Assembly (NCBI GenBank): GCA_944389345.1
Contig: CALXMA010000004.1
Span: 14,374 to 78,373, forward strand
Direction of reading: 5' to 3'
Length of the DNA: 64,000 nucleotides
DNA from: an uncultured Alphaproteobacteria bacterium
GTDB lineage: Bacteria > Pseudomonadota > Alphaproteobacteria > Rs-D84
Part shown: one piece after another, positions 37,154 to 46,857 of the stretch
How the letters are laid out: each line of letters opens with the position of its first letter
How positions within the stretch are numbered: the first letter of the stretch is position 1
Notes under the pieces: generated by a model
The model's input: the letters and a program-made list of their open reading frames with translations, nothing else
What the model was told of the DNA's origin: nothing
Databases searched by the model: none
Translations under genes and position numbers: made by a program

Positions 37154-37170
37154 TGCGGGGGGAAATAGGT

Positions 37171-38205
37171 ATGCCGGAAATTTCTGTGATTATCCCTGTG
37201 TACAATGTGGAAAAGTATCTGCGTCGTTGTTTGGACAGTTTGTTGGCCCAGACATTTACCGATTGGCATGCGATATGTGTAAATGACGGCAGTGTGGATA
37301 AATCTGGGGAAATTTTGGCCGAATACGCACAACGCGATTCGCGTTTTACCGTGGTGAATATTCCAAATTCTGGGCCCGCATGTGCGCGAAATGTTGGTAT
37401 AGAACGGGCCCAGGGAAAATACGTAATGTGTGTTGATGGGGATGATTTTATTCATCCCCAGACAATGGAAATCGCGCATTTCTTGGCCGTGCGGGATGGG
37501 TCTGATATTGTGTCTTTTACATATGACAGATCGTATCGTCCTTATTTAATGGTGCGATATAAATTGGGGTTGGGGATAGAAAATATCGAACCGCTGGGGA
37601 TTCGGCGTCGGTATCGGCCCGCGGCGGTGCGGACGTTGGTGACGGATGATATTTTTGCCTATGCGACAGAACAGACGCATAATGCATTTAATCCAAAGCG
37701 CAGGTGGCTGATTAAGCATACGCAGGTTTGGAAAAATTTGTATAGGCGCGATTTAATTGCAGATGTAAAATTTATTGATGGAATTTTGTACGAAGATTTC
37801 CCGTGGTGGTCGGCGGTCATGCTGAAAAATCCGCGGGTGACAATTGCGCCGTTGCCGTTGTATTATTATGTGCCGAATTTTGGCGGAATATTCTTGTCCG
37901 CCGGCCAGATGCGTGCGTTTGATGGAATGTGTACGGGTGTGCGGGATACTTTTTTGTTGTACCAGGCCAAAGCGAGCCCGTATCAAATGCAACAATGGTC
38001 CAAGAACTTTAAGTGGTATTTTATCAAGTGGGCATTTAATAAAATTAAATATTTTACCAGTGTGGCGGATTTGAACAAGGCGCGCAATTGGTTCAGGGAA
38101 CTGGACAGAATTGGGGCGTTGGATAGTCCGCATAACAAAAAAACAAAAAAACTGCGTCAGAAAATTTGCGCGTTTATAAAGGATTGCCACCAAAATGACA
38201 GATGA
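37171..38205 (+). CDS. Family 2 glycosyltransferase (GT-A), paralogue 1 of 3
   Basis: It has ISVIIPVYNVEKYLRRCLDSLLAQTF...ICVNDGSVD...MCVDGDDFIHP (DxD). The start is at MPEISV. The 3' end contains an A7-C-A7 tract (38138-38152). Confidence 0.85.
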   Translation: MPEISVIIPVYNVEKYLRRCLDSLLAQTFTDWHAICVNDGSVDKSGEILAEYAQRDSRFTVVNIPNSGPACARNVGIERAQGKYVMCVDGDDFIHPQTMEIAHFLAVRDGSDIVSFTYDRSYRPYLMVRYKLGLGIENIEPLGIRRRYRPAAVRTLVTDDIFAYATEQTHNAFNPKRRWLIKHTQVWKNLYRRDLIADVKFIDGILYEDFPWWSAVMLKNPRVTIAPLPLYYYVPNFGGIFLSAGQMRAFDGMCTGVRDTFLLYQAKASPYQMQQWSKNFKWYFIKWAFNKIKYFTSVADLNKARNWFRELDRIGALDSPHNKKTKKLRQKICAFIKDCHQNDR

Positions 38206-39244
38206 CAAACCAAAAATTTCAGTAATAATTCCAATATACAATGTGGAAAAATATTTGCGTCGCTGTTTGGACAGTATGTTGTCCCAAACATTTACCGATT
38301 GGCAGGCGATATGTGTAAATGACGGCAGTCCTGATAACTGTGGTGAAATATTATCAGAATATGCCGGACGTGATGGTCGTTTCAAAATAGTAAACAAAGA
38401 AAACGGTGGGCTGTCTGATGCGCGAAATGCGGGTATGCGTGTTGCAGACGGCGATTTTATTTTATTTTTAGACAGTGATGATTTTATTCATCCGCAAACA
38501 CTGGAAATCGCATATTTTCTGGCCACGCGTGATGGCACAGACATTGTTTCTTTTACCTATGATCGCGCGTTCAGAACGGAACTGATGGTGCGTAATAAAC
38601 TGGGGTTGGCGTGCGATGGGGTTATGCCGAAAAAATATAATCGTCGGTATCAGATTGCACAAATAAAAACGTTGGTTACCGACGACGTTTATGCGTATGC
38701 AACCGAACGCACCCATAATGCATTTAATCCAAAGCGCAGGTGGCTGATTAAGCATTGTCAGGTTTGGAAAAATTTATATCGGCGTGAACTGATTTCAGAT
38801 ATTCCTTTTATTAAGGGGATTTTATTCGAAGATTTCCCGTGGTGGTCGGCGGTCATGCTGAAAAATCCGCGGGTGACAATTGCGCCGTTGCCGTTGTATT
38901 ATTATGTGCCGAATTTTGGCGGGATTGTTTTGTCGGCTAAACAGTTGCGTATTTTGCACAGTTTGTGTGATGGTATGGAATATGCGTACAAGTTATACAG
39001 CACGCAGGCCACAGAATATCAGGCGCGTCAATGGAATTACAATTTTAAGTGGTTCTTTATAAAGAAGATTTTGCGTAAAACAAAATACTTGGATAATCGG
39101 GTGGATTTGAATTCTGCGCGGGAACGTGTTTGTGAATTGGAAAAAATTGGCGCGTTGGATAATCCGCCGTGTCGGTGGGCGCGACGTGTGCGGTGTCGTG
39201 TGTGTCATTTTATAAAGGATTGTTGTAAGCATGTCAAAGCGTAA
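38195..39244 (+). CDS. Family 2 glycosyltransferase, paralogue 2 of 3 (mosaic: 5' third identical to paralogue 3, central block identical to paralogue 1)
   Basis: It has KISVIIPIYNVEKYLRRCLDSMLSQTF...NDGSPD...LFLDSDDFIHP. The DNA at 38207-38511 is identical to 39243-39547, and 38828-38922 is identical to 37792-37886. Confidence 0.85.
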   Translation: MTDDKPKISVIIPIYNVEKYLRRCLDSMLSQTFTDWQAICVNDGSPDNCGEILSEYAGRDGRFKIVNKENGGLSDARNAGMRVADGDFILFLDSDDFIHPQTLEIAYFLATRDGTDIVSFTYDRAFRTELMVRNKLGLACDGVMPKKYNRRYQIAQIKTLVTDDVYAYATERTHNAFNPKRRWLIKHCQVWKNLYRRELISDIPFIKGILFEDFPWWSAVMLKNPRVTIAPLPLYYYVPNFGGIVLSAKQLRILHSLCDGMEYAYKLYSTQATEYQARQWNYNFKWFFIKKILRKTKYLDNRVDLNSARERVCELEKIGALDNPPCRWARRVRCRVCHFIKDCCKHVKA

Positions 39245-40253
39245 ACCAAAAATTTCAGTAATAATTCCAATATACAATGTGGAAAAATATTTGCGTCGCT
39301 GTTTGGACAGTATGTTGTCCCAAACATTTACCGATTGGCAGGCGATATGTGTAAATGACGGCAGTCCTGATAACTGTGGTGAAATATTATCAGAATATGC
39401 CGGACGTGATGGTCGTTTCAAAATAGTAAACAAAGAAAACGGTGGGCTGTCTGATGCGCGAAATGCGGGTATGCGTGTTGCAGACGGCGATTTTATTTTA
39501 TTTTTAGACAGTGATGATTTTATTCATCCGCAAACACTGGAAATCGCGCACAAGTACATTGTACAAAATAACGCAGATGTGTTTTTGTTTGGGTATGATG
39601 AAAAATCGCACCGTAAATTATTACGGTTGATGCGGGGCGGGTTTGATGTGTCGGGGTGTGTGCCGGGGGCGGTGAGCAGAAAATACAATATCGATGGCGT
39701 GCATGTGCACAAGATAAAAAAATTATTGTTTCACTGTACCGAACGAAATCGTACTGTGCGGGTTTTGCATCCTGTGCGTCGGCATTGTTTCCCGGTGTTG
39801 GCATTGTATCGACGTGATTTCATTTCTGATTTGCCGTTCGTGCGTGGAATTATATATGAAGATTTTGTTTGGTGGTCTTTATTGATTCTGCGTCGGCCCA
39901 AGACGGTTATGACAAAATTACCGTTGTATTTTTATATGCCGAATCCGACGTCTATATTAAATGCATCGCGTGCGTTGCGGGTGGTGAAATCATTATGTGA
40001 TGGAATTGGTATTGTTTACGATGCGTATTCTGTGAATGCGACGGGGCGCGAATTAAAGCATTATATGCGGGAGTTTTTGTGGCCGTTTACATTCATCGCA
40101 ATGCAACATGCACGCCAGATTACAGACGAAAAAGACCGGGCCATTGTGGCAGATAATTTGAAAAAATTATACAGCGCGGGTGTGTTTGATAATCCACCGA
40201 ATCGGCGCGCACGGCGGTATCTGGGGCGAATACGGGATTTTATAAATAACTAG
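39231..40253 (+). CDS. Family 2 glycosyltransferase, paralogue 3 of 3
   Basis: The N-terminal 100 aa are identical to paralogue 2. The C-terminal two-thirds have diverged (...VFLFGYDEKSHRKLL...). Confidence 0.85.
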   Translation: MSKRKPKISVIIPIYNVEKYLRRCLDSMLSQTFTDWQAICVNDGSPDNCGEILSEYAGRDGRFKIVNKENGGLSDARNAGMRVADGDFILFLDSDDFIHPQTLEIAHKYIVQNNADVFLFGYDEKSHRKLLRLMRGGFDVSGCVPGAVSRKYNIDGVHVHKIKKLLFHCTERNRTVRVLHPVRRHCFPVLALYRRDFISDLPFVRGIIYEDFVWWSLLILRRPKTVMTKLPLYFYMPNPTSILNASRALRVVKSLCDGIGIVYDAYSVNATGRELKHYMREFLWPFTFIAMQHARQITDEKDRAIVADNLKKLYSAGVFDNPPNRRARRYLGRIRDFINN

Positions 40254-41101
40254 ATTCTGGATTTTTGAAAGCGCGATGGAATTTTTACAACGCGACGCAG
40301 GCCGAACATCCCGGGTTTGTCGAATGCATATATTGGGCGTGCAAAAGTTTGTATGATGCGCGCGTATCGCATCCATTTTTCGTCGCGTACGGGCAGGGTG
40401 GATACCGCATTAATTGTTCCGTTCCCCCGACGGCGCAGGTGATTTACCCAATCGGGACCACGGGATTTGGCCTTGTTCAACAGCATCTGCATATCGACCG
40501 CACCAAAGTGTAACAAGTATAAGTTTTTATCAATGTGAAAATTGTGACCAGATATGCTGTGGAAACCACTGCCCCAATGGGCGGGGGTGGTTTTTACAAC
40601 AGGCTTGGTATATCTGGTGGATAACAGTGCATATTCACGTTGGGCCAGGATGGGTTTGTTGATGTCCAAAGTTTTTTCTGTGTTCGTGTTTTGACCAACG
40701 TCCAGTCCCAATCCCGATACCGATATATTTATGTCCAGGTCAGATAAATATTCGGCCAATGTTTTTTGTGTGTCTGGATCAACAACCAGAAATTCATCAC
40801 AATCGCAACCAATTACTATATCGTATGTTTTCAGCAATTTGTGTGCCAATGTGTTTATCAGTCCTATGCGATATTTGTCGCCATCGGCGCGCGACATTTC
40901 AACGTGCGATAATTTCTTTACATGGGCCGGACCGGCATTTTCAGGAATATTTTGATCCGTTCCATCCAGGTATATGTACAGGTTTTCACGACCAAATTGT
41001 TCCCCGTAATATTTTATCCAACGGGATAAAAAGAAATCGTCATTGCGGGCCATTGTTATGACCGCGATTTTTTTTTGTGTATGGTTTGTTGGATTGGTCA
41101 T
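40250..41101 (-). CDS. Putative GT-A-fold glycosyltransferase with A9 homopolymer at codons 9-12
   Basis: It has ...KKIAVITMARNDDFFLSRWIKYYGEQFG...YDIVIGCDCDEFLVVDPD (DxD-like). The start is taken at MTNPTNHTQKK. Nine consecutive A (minus strand) at 41068-41076 encode QKKI. Confidence 0.55.
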   Translation of the reverse strand: MTNPTNHTQKKIAVITMARNDDFFLSRWIKYYGEQFGRENLYIYLDGTDQNIPENAGPAHVKKLSHVEMSRADGDKYRIGLINTLAHKLLKTYDIVIGCDCDEFLVVDPDTQKTLAEYLSDLDINISVSGLGLDVGQNTNTEKTLDINKPILAQREYALLSTRYTKPVVKTTPAHWGSGFHSISGHNFHIDKNLYLLHFGAVDMQMLLNKAKSRGPDWVNHLRRRGNGTINAVSTLPVRDEKWMRYARIIQTFARPIYAFDKPGMFGLRRVVKIPSRFQKSRI

Positions 41102-41946
41102 ATTCCCTCGCCAAAAAGTTTGTGAAAAAAGTATCTGCAACTTCTGTATAATATTTTAATAGGATTTCGTGTTAAAAGCCAGTCTATATATTCCGTGCCG
41201 TATGCGTCGCGTGCGCTGGTCAGTATTATGTCGCGCAGGTCGGGGGATAAATGCGACAGGATATATGACAACTGGCCACCAAGACGGCCATAGTGGCGGG
41301 TGAACGCGACCTTTTTGAAAAATGGACATTTGGATTTATAGAAATATTTTACGTTGTTGTATATCTTGCGTCCAGGGGCCGTATACAGGTACGAAAATTT
41401 AATGTTGTGTGCAAACAACATACGGGAAAATCCTTGTTCGTAAAAATATGTTATCAGGCCTTTGTTTGGTTGACGTGATACAGATGTTATAAATTTATCA
41501 AACCAGTTTGATGCAAATACCGGTTTGCGCATACCAATAAACCAAGATTGGATATGCGGGTTTTTGCGATTCGCATTATATACCAAACCAAACGCGTCGC
41601 GATTCGTTGATTCCAGTTTTTCCAGCGCGGGTAATAATGGATTTACCGGGCCATATACCGAATCGTTTATCATATATACAAATTCATAATTGCCCAGAAT
41701 TCCCGTGTCCCGGGCATATATGTATGCGCGTTTATATGAACCAAAATCGTATTCACCGTGCCGGTGGGCCGATGCAAAGATTGTGTACGGTGCAACCTTG
41801 TGCATTTCTGTGTCTGGCACATCACTGTCCATAACCAGGATAACATCGCCAAATTCAGACAGGCTTTTTGCCATATAAACCAGCGATGCATCAACCACGT
41901 TTTTTGCATTATAGCCGGCCAATAAAAATAGTCGTCTAGATTTCAC
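41098..41946 (-). CDS. Polysaccharide-biosynthesis protein (rhamnan-synthesis RgpF-like / LPS biosynthesis, uncertain)
   Basis: 282 aa. It is hydrophilic with conserved-looking acidic clusters (...VILVMDSDVPD..., ...YMINDSVYGP...). It sits inside the glycosyltransferase locus, overlapping the upstream typA stop by 11 bp and the downstream glycosyltransferase start by 4 bp. Confidence 0.4.
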   Translation of the reverse strand: MKSRRLFLLAGYNAKNVVDASLVYMAKSLSEFGDVILVMDSDVPDTEMHKVAPYTIFASAHRHGEYDFGSYKRAYIYARDTGILGNYEFVYMINDSVYGPVNPLLPALEKLESTNRDAFGLVYNANRKNPHIQSWFIGMRKPVFASNWFDKFITSVSRQPNKGLITYFYEQGFSRMLFAHNIKFSYLYTAPGRKIYNNVKYFYKSKCPFFKKVAFTRHYGRLGGQLSYILSHLSPDLRDIILTSARDAYGTEYIDWLLTRNPIKILYRSCRYFFHKLFGEGI

Positions 41947-43771
41947 TGTTTTTGCGGGTTTTCTTTCTGATATTGCTGTCCAGTTCTTTTTTGCGCAGAC
42001 GAATTGTTGCGGGTGTTACCTCTACTAATTCATCATCTTGGATGTATGACAACGCTTCTTCCAGCGAAATTTTGCGTGGCGGGGCCAAGAATAATTTTTC
42101 ATCGGCGGTAACCGAACGCACGTTCGTTAATTCTTTGCCACGTACAGGATTAACCTCTAGATCATTTTCTTTGCTGTGTTCGCCGATTATCATACCGGAA
42201 TAAACCTCGGTCTGGGGGCCAACAAACAATGTTCCGCGTGGTTCCAAGTTGTGCAGGGCATACGTCGTCGTAACGCCGTTTTCCATAGATACCAATACGC
42301 CCGGACGATATTGAACAATCGGACCACGATATGGTTCGTACCCAGAAAATACACGGTTCATAACGCCTGTGCCACGTGTGTCTGTTCGGAATTCTGACAG
42401 GTATCCGATTAATCCACGTGATGGCGCAGAAAACACAACGCGCGTTTTGCCATTGCCAGATGATTTCATTTCTGTAATTGTGGCCTTGCGCTTGGTCATC
42501 TTTTCAATAACGACACCAGAAAATTCGTCGTCAACGTCGATAACAACTTCTTCCACTGGTTCCAGTTTTTCACCATTTGGACCGTCTTGCATCACAACAC
42601 GTGGACGTGAAACACTAAGTTCAAAACCTTCGCGACGCATGGTTTCGATTAATATGCCCAGTTGTAATTCGCCACGACCAGAAACCTCGAAAGATTCTTT
42701 GTTTTCGCTTTGTTCTACGCGCAGGGCGATGTTCGTTTCGGCTTCTTTGAACAGGCGTTCGCCAATCATGCGCGATGTTAATTTCTTGCCAGACCGACCC
42801 GCCAGTGGCGATGTGTTAACAAAAAATGTCATGGTCAGGGTTGGTGGGTCAATGGGCAGGGCCGGAATCGGGTCATTAACATCCGGTGCACACAGGGTGT
42901 CCGACACAGTCGCCTTGGAAAATCCGGCAATAACAACAATGTCGCCCGCAGATGCGGATTCCAGTGATACTTTTTCAATTCCACGATGTTCAATGATTTT
43001 TGTAATCTTGGCGTTTTCAACCAATTCGCCATTCATATTTATTGCCTTGACCGATTGACCAACACGAACCGTCCCAGATTCTATTTTCCCGGTCAAAATA
43101 CGACCGACATAGGGATCTGCTTCTAATGTTGTGGCCAGCATAGAAAACGGCGCGTCAATTTGACAGCGTGTGCCATTACAATCAGGGGCAGGTACGTGGT
43201 CTATGATTAACTGGAACAGTGGGGTCAAATCGCGACGTTCATCGTTTAAATCGCGTACGGCCCAACCGTCACGCCCGCATGCGTACAGATACGGGAAATC
43301 CAGTTGAGAATCTGTTGCGCCCAATTTGTCGAATAAATCGAATGTTTCACTTAATACTTCGTCTGGGCGGGCGTCAGAACGGTCAACCTTGTTAATACAT
43401 ACAATTGGACGCAGACCCAGTTTTAATGCCTTGCTTAATACGAATTTTGTTTGGGGCAATGGACCTTCGGCCGCATCAACCAATAAAACAACGCCGTCCA
43501 CCATGGACAAGATACGTTCTACTTCGCCACCAAAGTCTGCGTGGCCCGGTGTGTCAACAATGTTTATCTTGTAATCTTGCCACAGAACAGATGTTGGTTT
43601 CGCAGAAATTGTAATCCCACGTTCACGTTCCAAATCACCGCTGTCCATAACGCGTTCCGCAACGCGTTCGTTTGCGCGGAACGTGCCGGCCTGTTTCAGC
43701 ATGTTATCAACCAATGTAGTTTTGCCGTGGTCAACGTGTGCAATAATCGCAATATTTCGTATCTTCATCAT
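41936..43771 (-). CDS. typA: Translational GTPase TypA/BipA
   Basis: It has MKIRNIAIIAHVDHGKTTLVD (G1), DTPGHADF and NKVD, followed by EF-G-like domains. The start is moved to the Met preceding KIRNIAII. Confidence 0.93.
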   Translation of the reverse strand: MMKIRNIAIIAHVDHGKTTLVDNMLKQAGTFRANERVAERVMDSGDLERERGITISAKPTSVLWQDYKINIVDTPGHADFGGEVERILSMVDGVVLLVDAAEGPLPQTKFVLSKALKLGLRPIVCINKVDRSDARPDEVLSETFDLFDKLGATDSQLDFPYLYACGRDGWAVRDLNDERRDLTPLFQLIIDHVPAPDCNGTRCQIDAPFSMLATTLEADPYVGRILTGKIESGTVRVGQSVKAINMNGELVENAKITKIIEHRGIEKVSLESASAGDIVVIAGFSKATVSDTLCAPDVNDPIPALPIDPPTLTMTFFVNTSPLAGRSGKKLTSRMIGERLFKEAETNIALRVEQSENKESFEVSGRGELQLGILIETMRREGFELSVSRPRVVMQDGPNGEKLEPVEEVVIDVDDEFSGVVIEKMTKRKATITEMKSSGNGKTRVVFSAPSRGLIGYLSEFRTDTRGTGVMNRVFSGYEPYRGPIVQYRPGVLVSMENGVTTTYALHNLEPRGTLFVGPQTEVYSGMIIGEHSKENDLEVNPVRGKELTNVRSVTADEKLFLAPPRKISLEEALSYIQDDELVEVTPATIRLRKKELDSNIRKKTRKNSEI

Positions 43772-43914
43772 AATGTTCGTACCCTTAATATCTCTATTTT
43801 TTCGCAATCAATAGATTATACTATAAATTCGCGTTTTCAACAAATATATGTACAAATATTGACATTTTGTCATATTTGTCTATAATACAGTGTGTAGTAA
43901 TAAAGGGATGTAAA

Positions 43915-44355
43915 ATGATTGATTATGATGCGACATTGCAAAGTTTCTTTGCGGAATGCGTAAAGTTTTTGGAAAACCGCAAGCCATGCGCCCAGGACAA
44001 GGTGGAATTAGGTAAAATAAATATCGCCATTGATACGGTGCGTCGTGTTGCAACCAACCCGGTGAAATATTCTGACTATAATACACGGGTGAAAGAGGGG
44101 CTGGAAAAATTTGAGGTTGCAGATGGTTTCTGTATCAAATCGTCTGGGGTATTTCGTATATATGCAGATGTGTTGCATCACATGGGCGAATTAAACAGCA
44201 CATTCGATTATCGCAGAACATTGGCCCAGCAAACACTGTTAAATTCGTTGAAAAGTATGAAATATCATAACAACAAAAATATGTTCAAGGATTTTTATTT
44301 TCCGTTTATGTCGCCAACAAAATTTGCGGTCAAGGTTCGCCAAAATCAGCGATAA
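43915..44355 (+). CDS. Hypothetical protein (~146 aa)
   Basis: It is transcribed divergently from typA and is followed by a strong terminator. I recognise no family. The start is ambiguous (43867 or 43915). Confidence 0.4.
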   Translation: MIDYDATLQSFFAECVKFLENRKPCAQDKVELGKINIAIDTVRRVATNPVKYSDYNTRVKEGLEKFEVADGFCIKSSGVFRIYADVLHHMGELNSTFDYRRTLAQQTLLNSLKSMKYHNNKNMFKDFYFPFMSPTKFAVKVRQNQR

Positions 44356-44382
44356 AAAAAACCGGCAAATGCCGGTTTTTTA
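44354..44382. terminator. Bidirectional rho-independent terminator between the hypothetical gene and serS
   Basis: A7 run, then stem ACCGGC / GCCGGT with loop AAAT, then T6 run. Confidence 0.8.
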
Positions 44383-44386
44383 TTAC

Positions 44387-45667
44387 TTAGTGCTTTCCAC
44401 CAATTTTTGTACGTCCGCCCATCAACGGTTGCAGTTTTTTAGGAATATTCACACTGCCGTCGGGGTTCTGATGATTTTCCAGCACGGGAACCAATGCACG
44501 TGGAACGGCAATGCCCGTGTTATTTAATGTCGCACAGAATTTTACTTCGTTTGTTTTGTTTTCACGATAGCGTGTGTTTGTGCGACGTGCCTGGAACGTG
44601 CCGATGGACGAACAACTGCCCAGTTCTTTGTATGCGTTTTCAGATGGGACCCACGCTTCGACGTCGTTCATTTTTACCTTGTTAAATCCCATATCGCCCG
44701 TGGAATTGGCAATTACGCGATACGGTAATTCCAGGTCTTCCATAACTTCGCACAGGTTGTTCAATATATGTTCGTGCATTTCGTCGCTTTGTTCGGGTGT
44801 GCAGAATATGTATTGTTCGACCTTGTTAAATTGGTGAAAGCGCGCCAATCCGCGCGTGTCGCGACCGGCGGCACCGGCCTCTTTGCGAAAGCAGGGCGAA
44901 AAACCGGCGTATTTTATCGGCAATTCATTTTCCGACAGAATTTCGCCACTGTGCAGAGAATTCAAAATAATTTCCGCCGTCCCGGCCAGACATCTGTCTG
45001 TCCCGGCCAGCATAAATACGTCGTTGTTCATAATCGACAGGTCCGCACCCATAAAGTGGCCCGCGTCAAATATCGTCTGGGGCTTGGTAATCGATGGGCA
45101 TTCGATAAAGCGAAATCCTTTGGCGATTAATTTTTGAATGACATACGTTTCGATGGCCAATTGTAATTCTGCGGCTTCGCCAACCAGACAGTATGTGCGT
45201 GTTCCGCAAATTTGTGCAATTTTTTCTGGCATCCACCAGCCATTCATGTCCAATAAGTCCCATTGGGCGCGCGGGGTGAATTCAAATTCGCGTGGTGTAC
45301 CGACACGTTTAACTTCTATATTTGCGGTGTCGTCTGGGCCAATTGGCGCAGATGCGTCCGGAATTTGTGGTACGCGGTGCATCAGGTCATTCAATACCGC
45401 TTCTTTATCGGCCAATTCCGCCAGGTTGGCCGCAATTTCTGCACCGATTTCTTTGGAACGTGCAATTAATGGCGCCTTGTCCGTGGCGGTTGGAATTTCG
45501 CGGGTTATTTTATTCTTTTCCGCCGTCATATTTTGTGTGATTGTTTTTAATTCGCGTACGCGTGCGTCCAATGTCAATATTTCATCAACATGGTCTTTGA
45601 ATCCCTTGACACGGCATGCGTTTTTTACAATGTCTGGGTTTTCACGAATAAATCTGATGTCTAGCAT
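44387..45667 (-). CDS. serS: Seryl-tRNA synthetase
   Basis: It begins MLDIRFIRENPDIVKNACRVKGF, followed by an N-terminal coiled coil. Class II motifs include ...FRKEAGAAGRDTRGLARFHQF and ...GRTKIGGKH near the C-terminus. The start is at MLDIRF. Confidence 0.93.
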   Translation of the reverse strand: MLDIRFIRENPDIVKNACRVKGFKDHVDEILTLDARVRELKTITQNMTAEKNKITREIPTATDKAPLIARSKEIGAEIAANLAELADKEAVLNDLMHRVPQIPDASAPIGPDDTANIEVKRVGTPREFEFTPRAQWDLLDMNGWWMPEKIAQICGTRTYCLVGEAAELQLAIETYVIQKLIAKGFRFIECPSITKPQTIFDAGHFMGADLSIMNNDVFMLAGTDRCLAGTAEIILNSLHSGEILSENELPIKYAGFSPCFRKEAGAAGRDTRGLARFHQFNKVEQYIFCTPEQSDEMHEHILNNLCEVMEDLELPYRVIANSTGDMGFNKVKMNDVEAWVPSENAYKELGSCSSIGTFQARRTNTRYRENKTNEVKFCATLNNTGIAVPRALVPVLENHQNPDGSVNIPKKLQPLMGGRTKIGGKH

Positions 45668-45951
45668 AACTGTAATCCCTTGGTATTGTGATGTGTATTG
45701 CACACATATGTAATATATGTTTTATTATAAAACCGAATAAAATTTCAATATACAATTAAAACCGCACCCCAAACGGGGATGAAGACATACTGTAAAATAC
45801 AAAATTATATGTCATAACGTGCTAATTTTATTGCAGATATCTGCAAAATGCAATTAAAAAAGCCCGCATAGGGCGCGGTGCGAAATTATTTGCGCGGGGG
45901 CATCGATTATGTTATCCTGGGGCCGACATAAATCATACATAGGGGTTAAAT

Positions 45952-46857
45952 ATGAACGACATTATTATGCATGATGTTATTATTCTGGGGTCGGGACCGG
46001 CGGGACTGACCGCGGGGTTGTATTGTGCACGTGCAGGTAAAAAAACATTGATTCTGGGTGGCGACAGATTGGGCGGACAGACCGCGGGTATCGCCGTGCT
46101 GGAAAATTATCCTGGATGGGCGGGCAGTGGATTGGAATTGTCCGAATTTATGAAAAAACAGGCCGAATCATTCGGGGCCGAAATTATATTTGTGTCTGCA
46201 AAAAGTATCGATGGTGATGCGGAATCAGGTTTTAATATCTTGGCCGACGATGGCAACCACTATGTCGGGAAAACCGTTATTATCGCAACCGGCGCATCGC
46301 CACGTAAACTGGAAATCGAAGGTGCACGCGAATTATTCGGCAAGGGTGTATCATACTGTGCCACGTGTGACGGGTTCTTTTATTCCGAAAAAGACGTTAT
46401 CGTTATGGGGGGTGGCAATTCCGCATTGAATGATGCGCTGTACCTGGCGGATTTGGCACGCAGTGTAAAAATCGTATATCGCAAGGGTGCATTTACCCGG
46501 GCCGAAGCCGTATTGCGTAATCGTGTGTCAGAACGTGAAAATATTGAATGTTTGTTCAATACTGATTTGAAAAAAATTGCACAAACGGACAACGATCGTT
46601 TGGTTGTCACAACGACTGATGACCAAGAAATTATCTGTGATGGTCTGTTTGTTGCCATCGGGCACGAGGCTAATACCGATTATCTGTCCGAAGATATCCG
46701 TCGCGATAACATGGGGCGTTTAATTCCATCCGAATTGCCCACCGGTATGTTTGTCGCCGGCGACGTCGAATCAGAAATAAAAATGCAAATCGCCACGGCT
46801 GTCGGAACAGGGTGCAGTGCGGCTATGGACGCCATCGCATACCTAAATCAATTATAA
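45952..46857 (+). CDS. trxB: Thioredoxin-disulfide reductase
   Basis: The FAD motif is VIILGSGPAGLTAGLY, the redox-active site is CATCDGFF, and the NADPH motif is GGGNSA. Confidence 0.9.
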   Translation: MNDIIMHDVIILGSGPAGLTAGLYCARAGKKTLILGGDRLGGQTAGIAVLENYPGWAGSGLELSEFMKKQAESFGAEIIFVSAKSIDGDAESGFNILADDGNHYVGKTVIIATGASPRKLEIEGARELFGKGVSYCATCDGFFYSEKDVIVMGGGNSALNDALYLADLARSVKIVYRKGAFTRAEAVLRNRVSERENIECLFNTDLKKIAQTDNDRLVVTTTDDQEIICDGLFVAIGHEANTDYLSEDIRRDNMGRLIPSELPTGMFVAGDVESEIKMQIATAVGTGCSAAMDAIAYLNQL

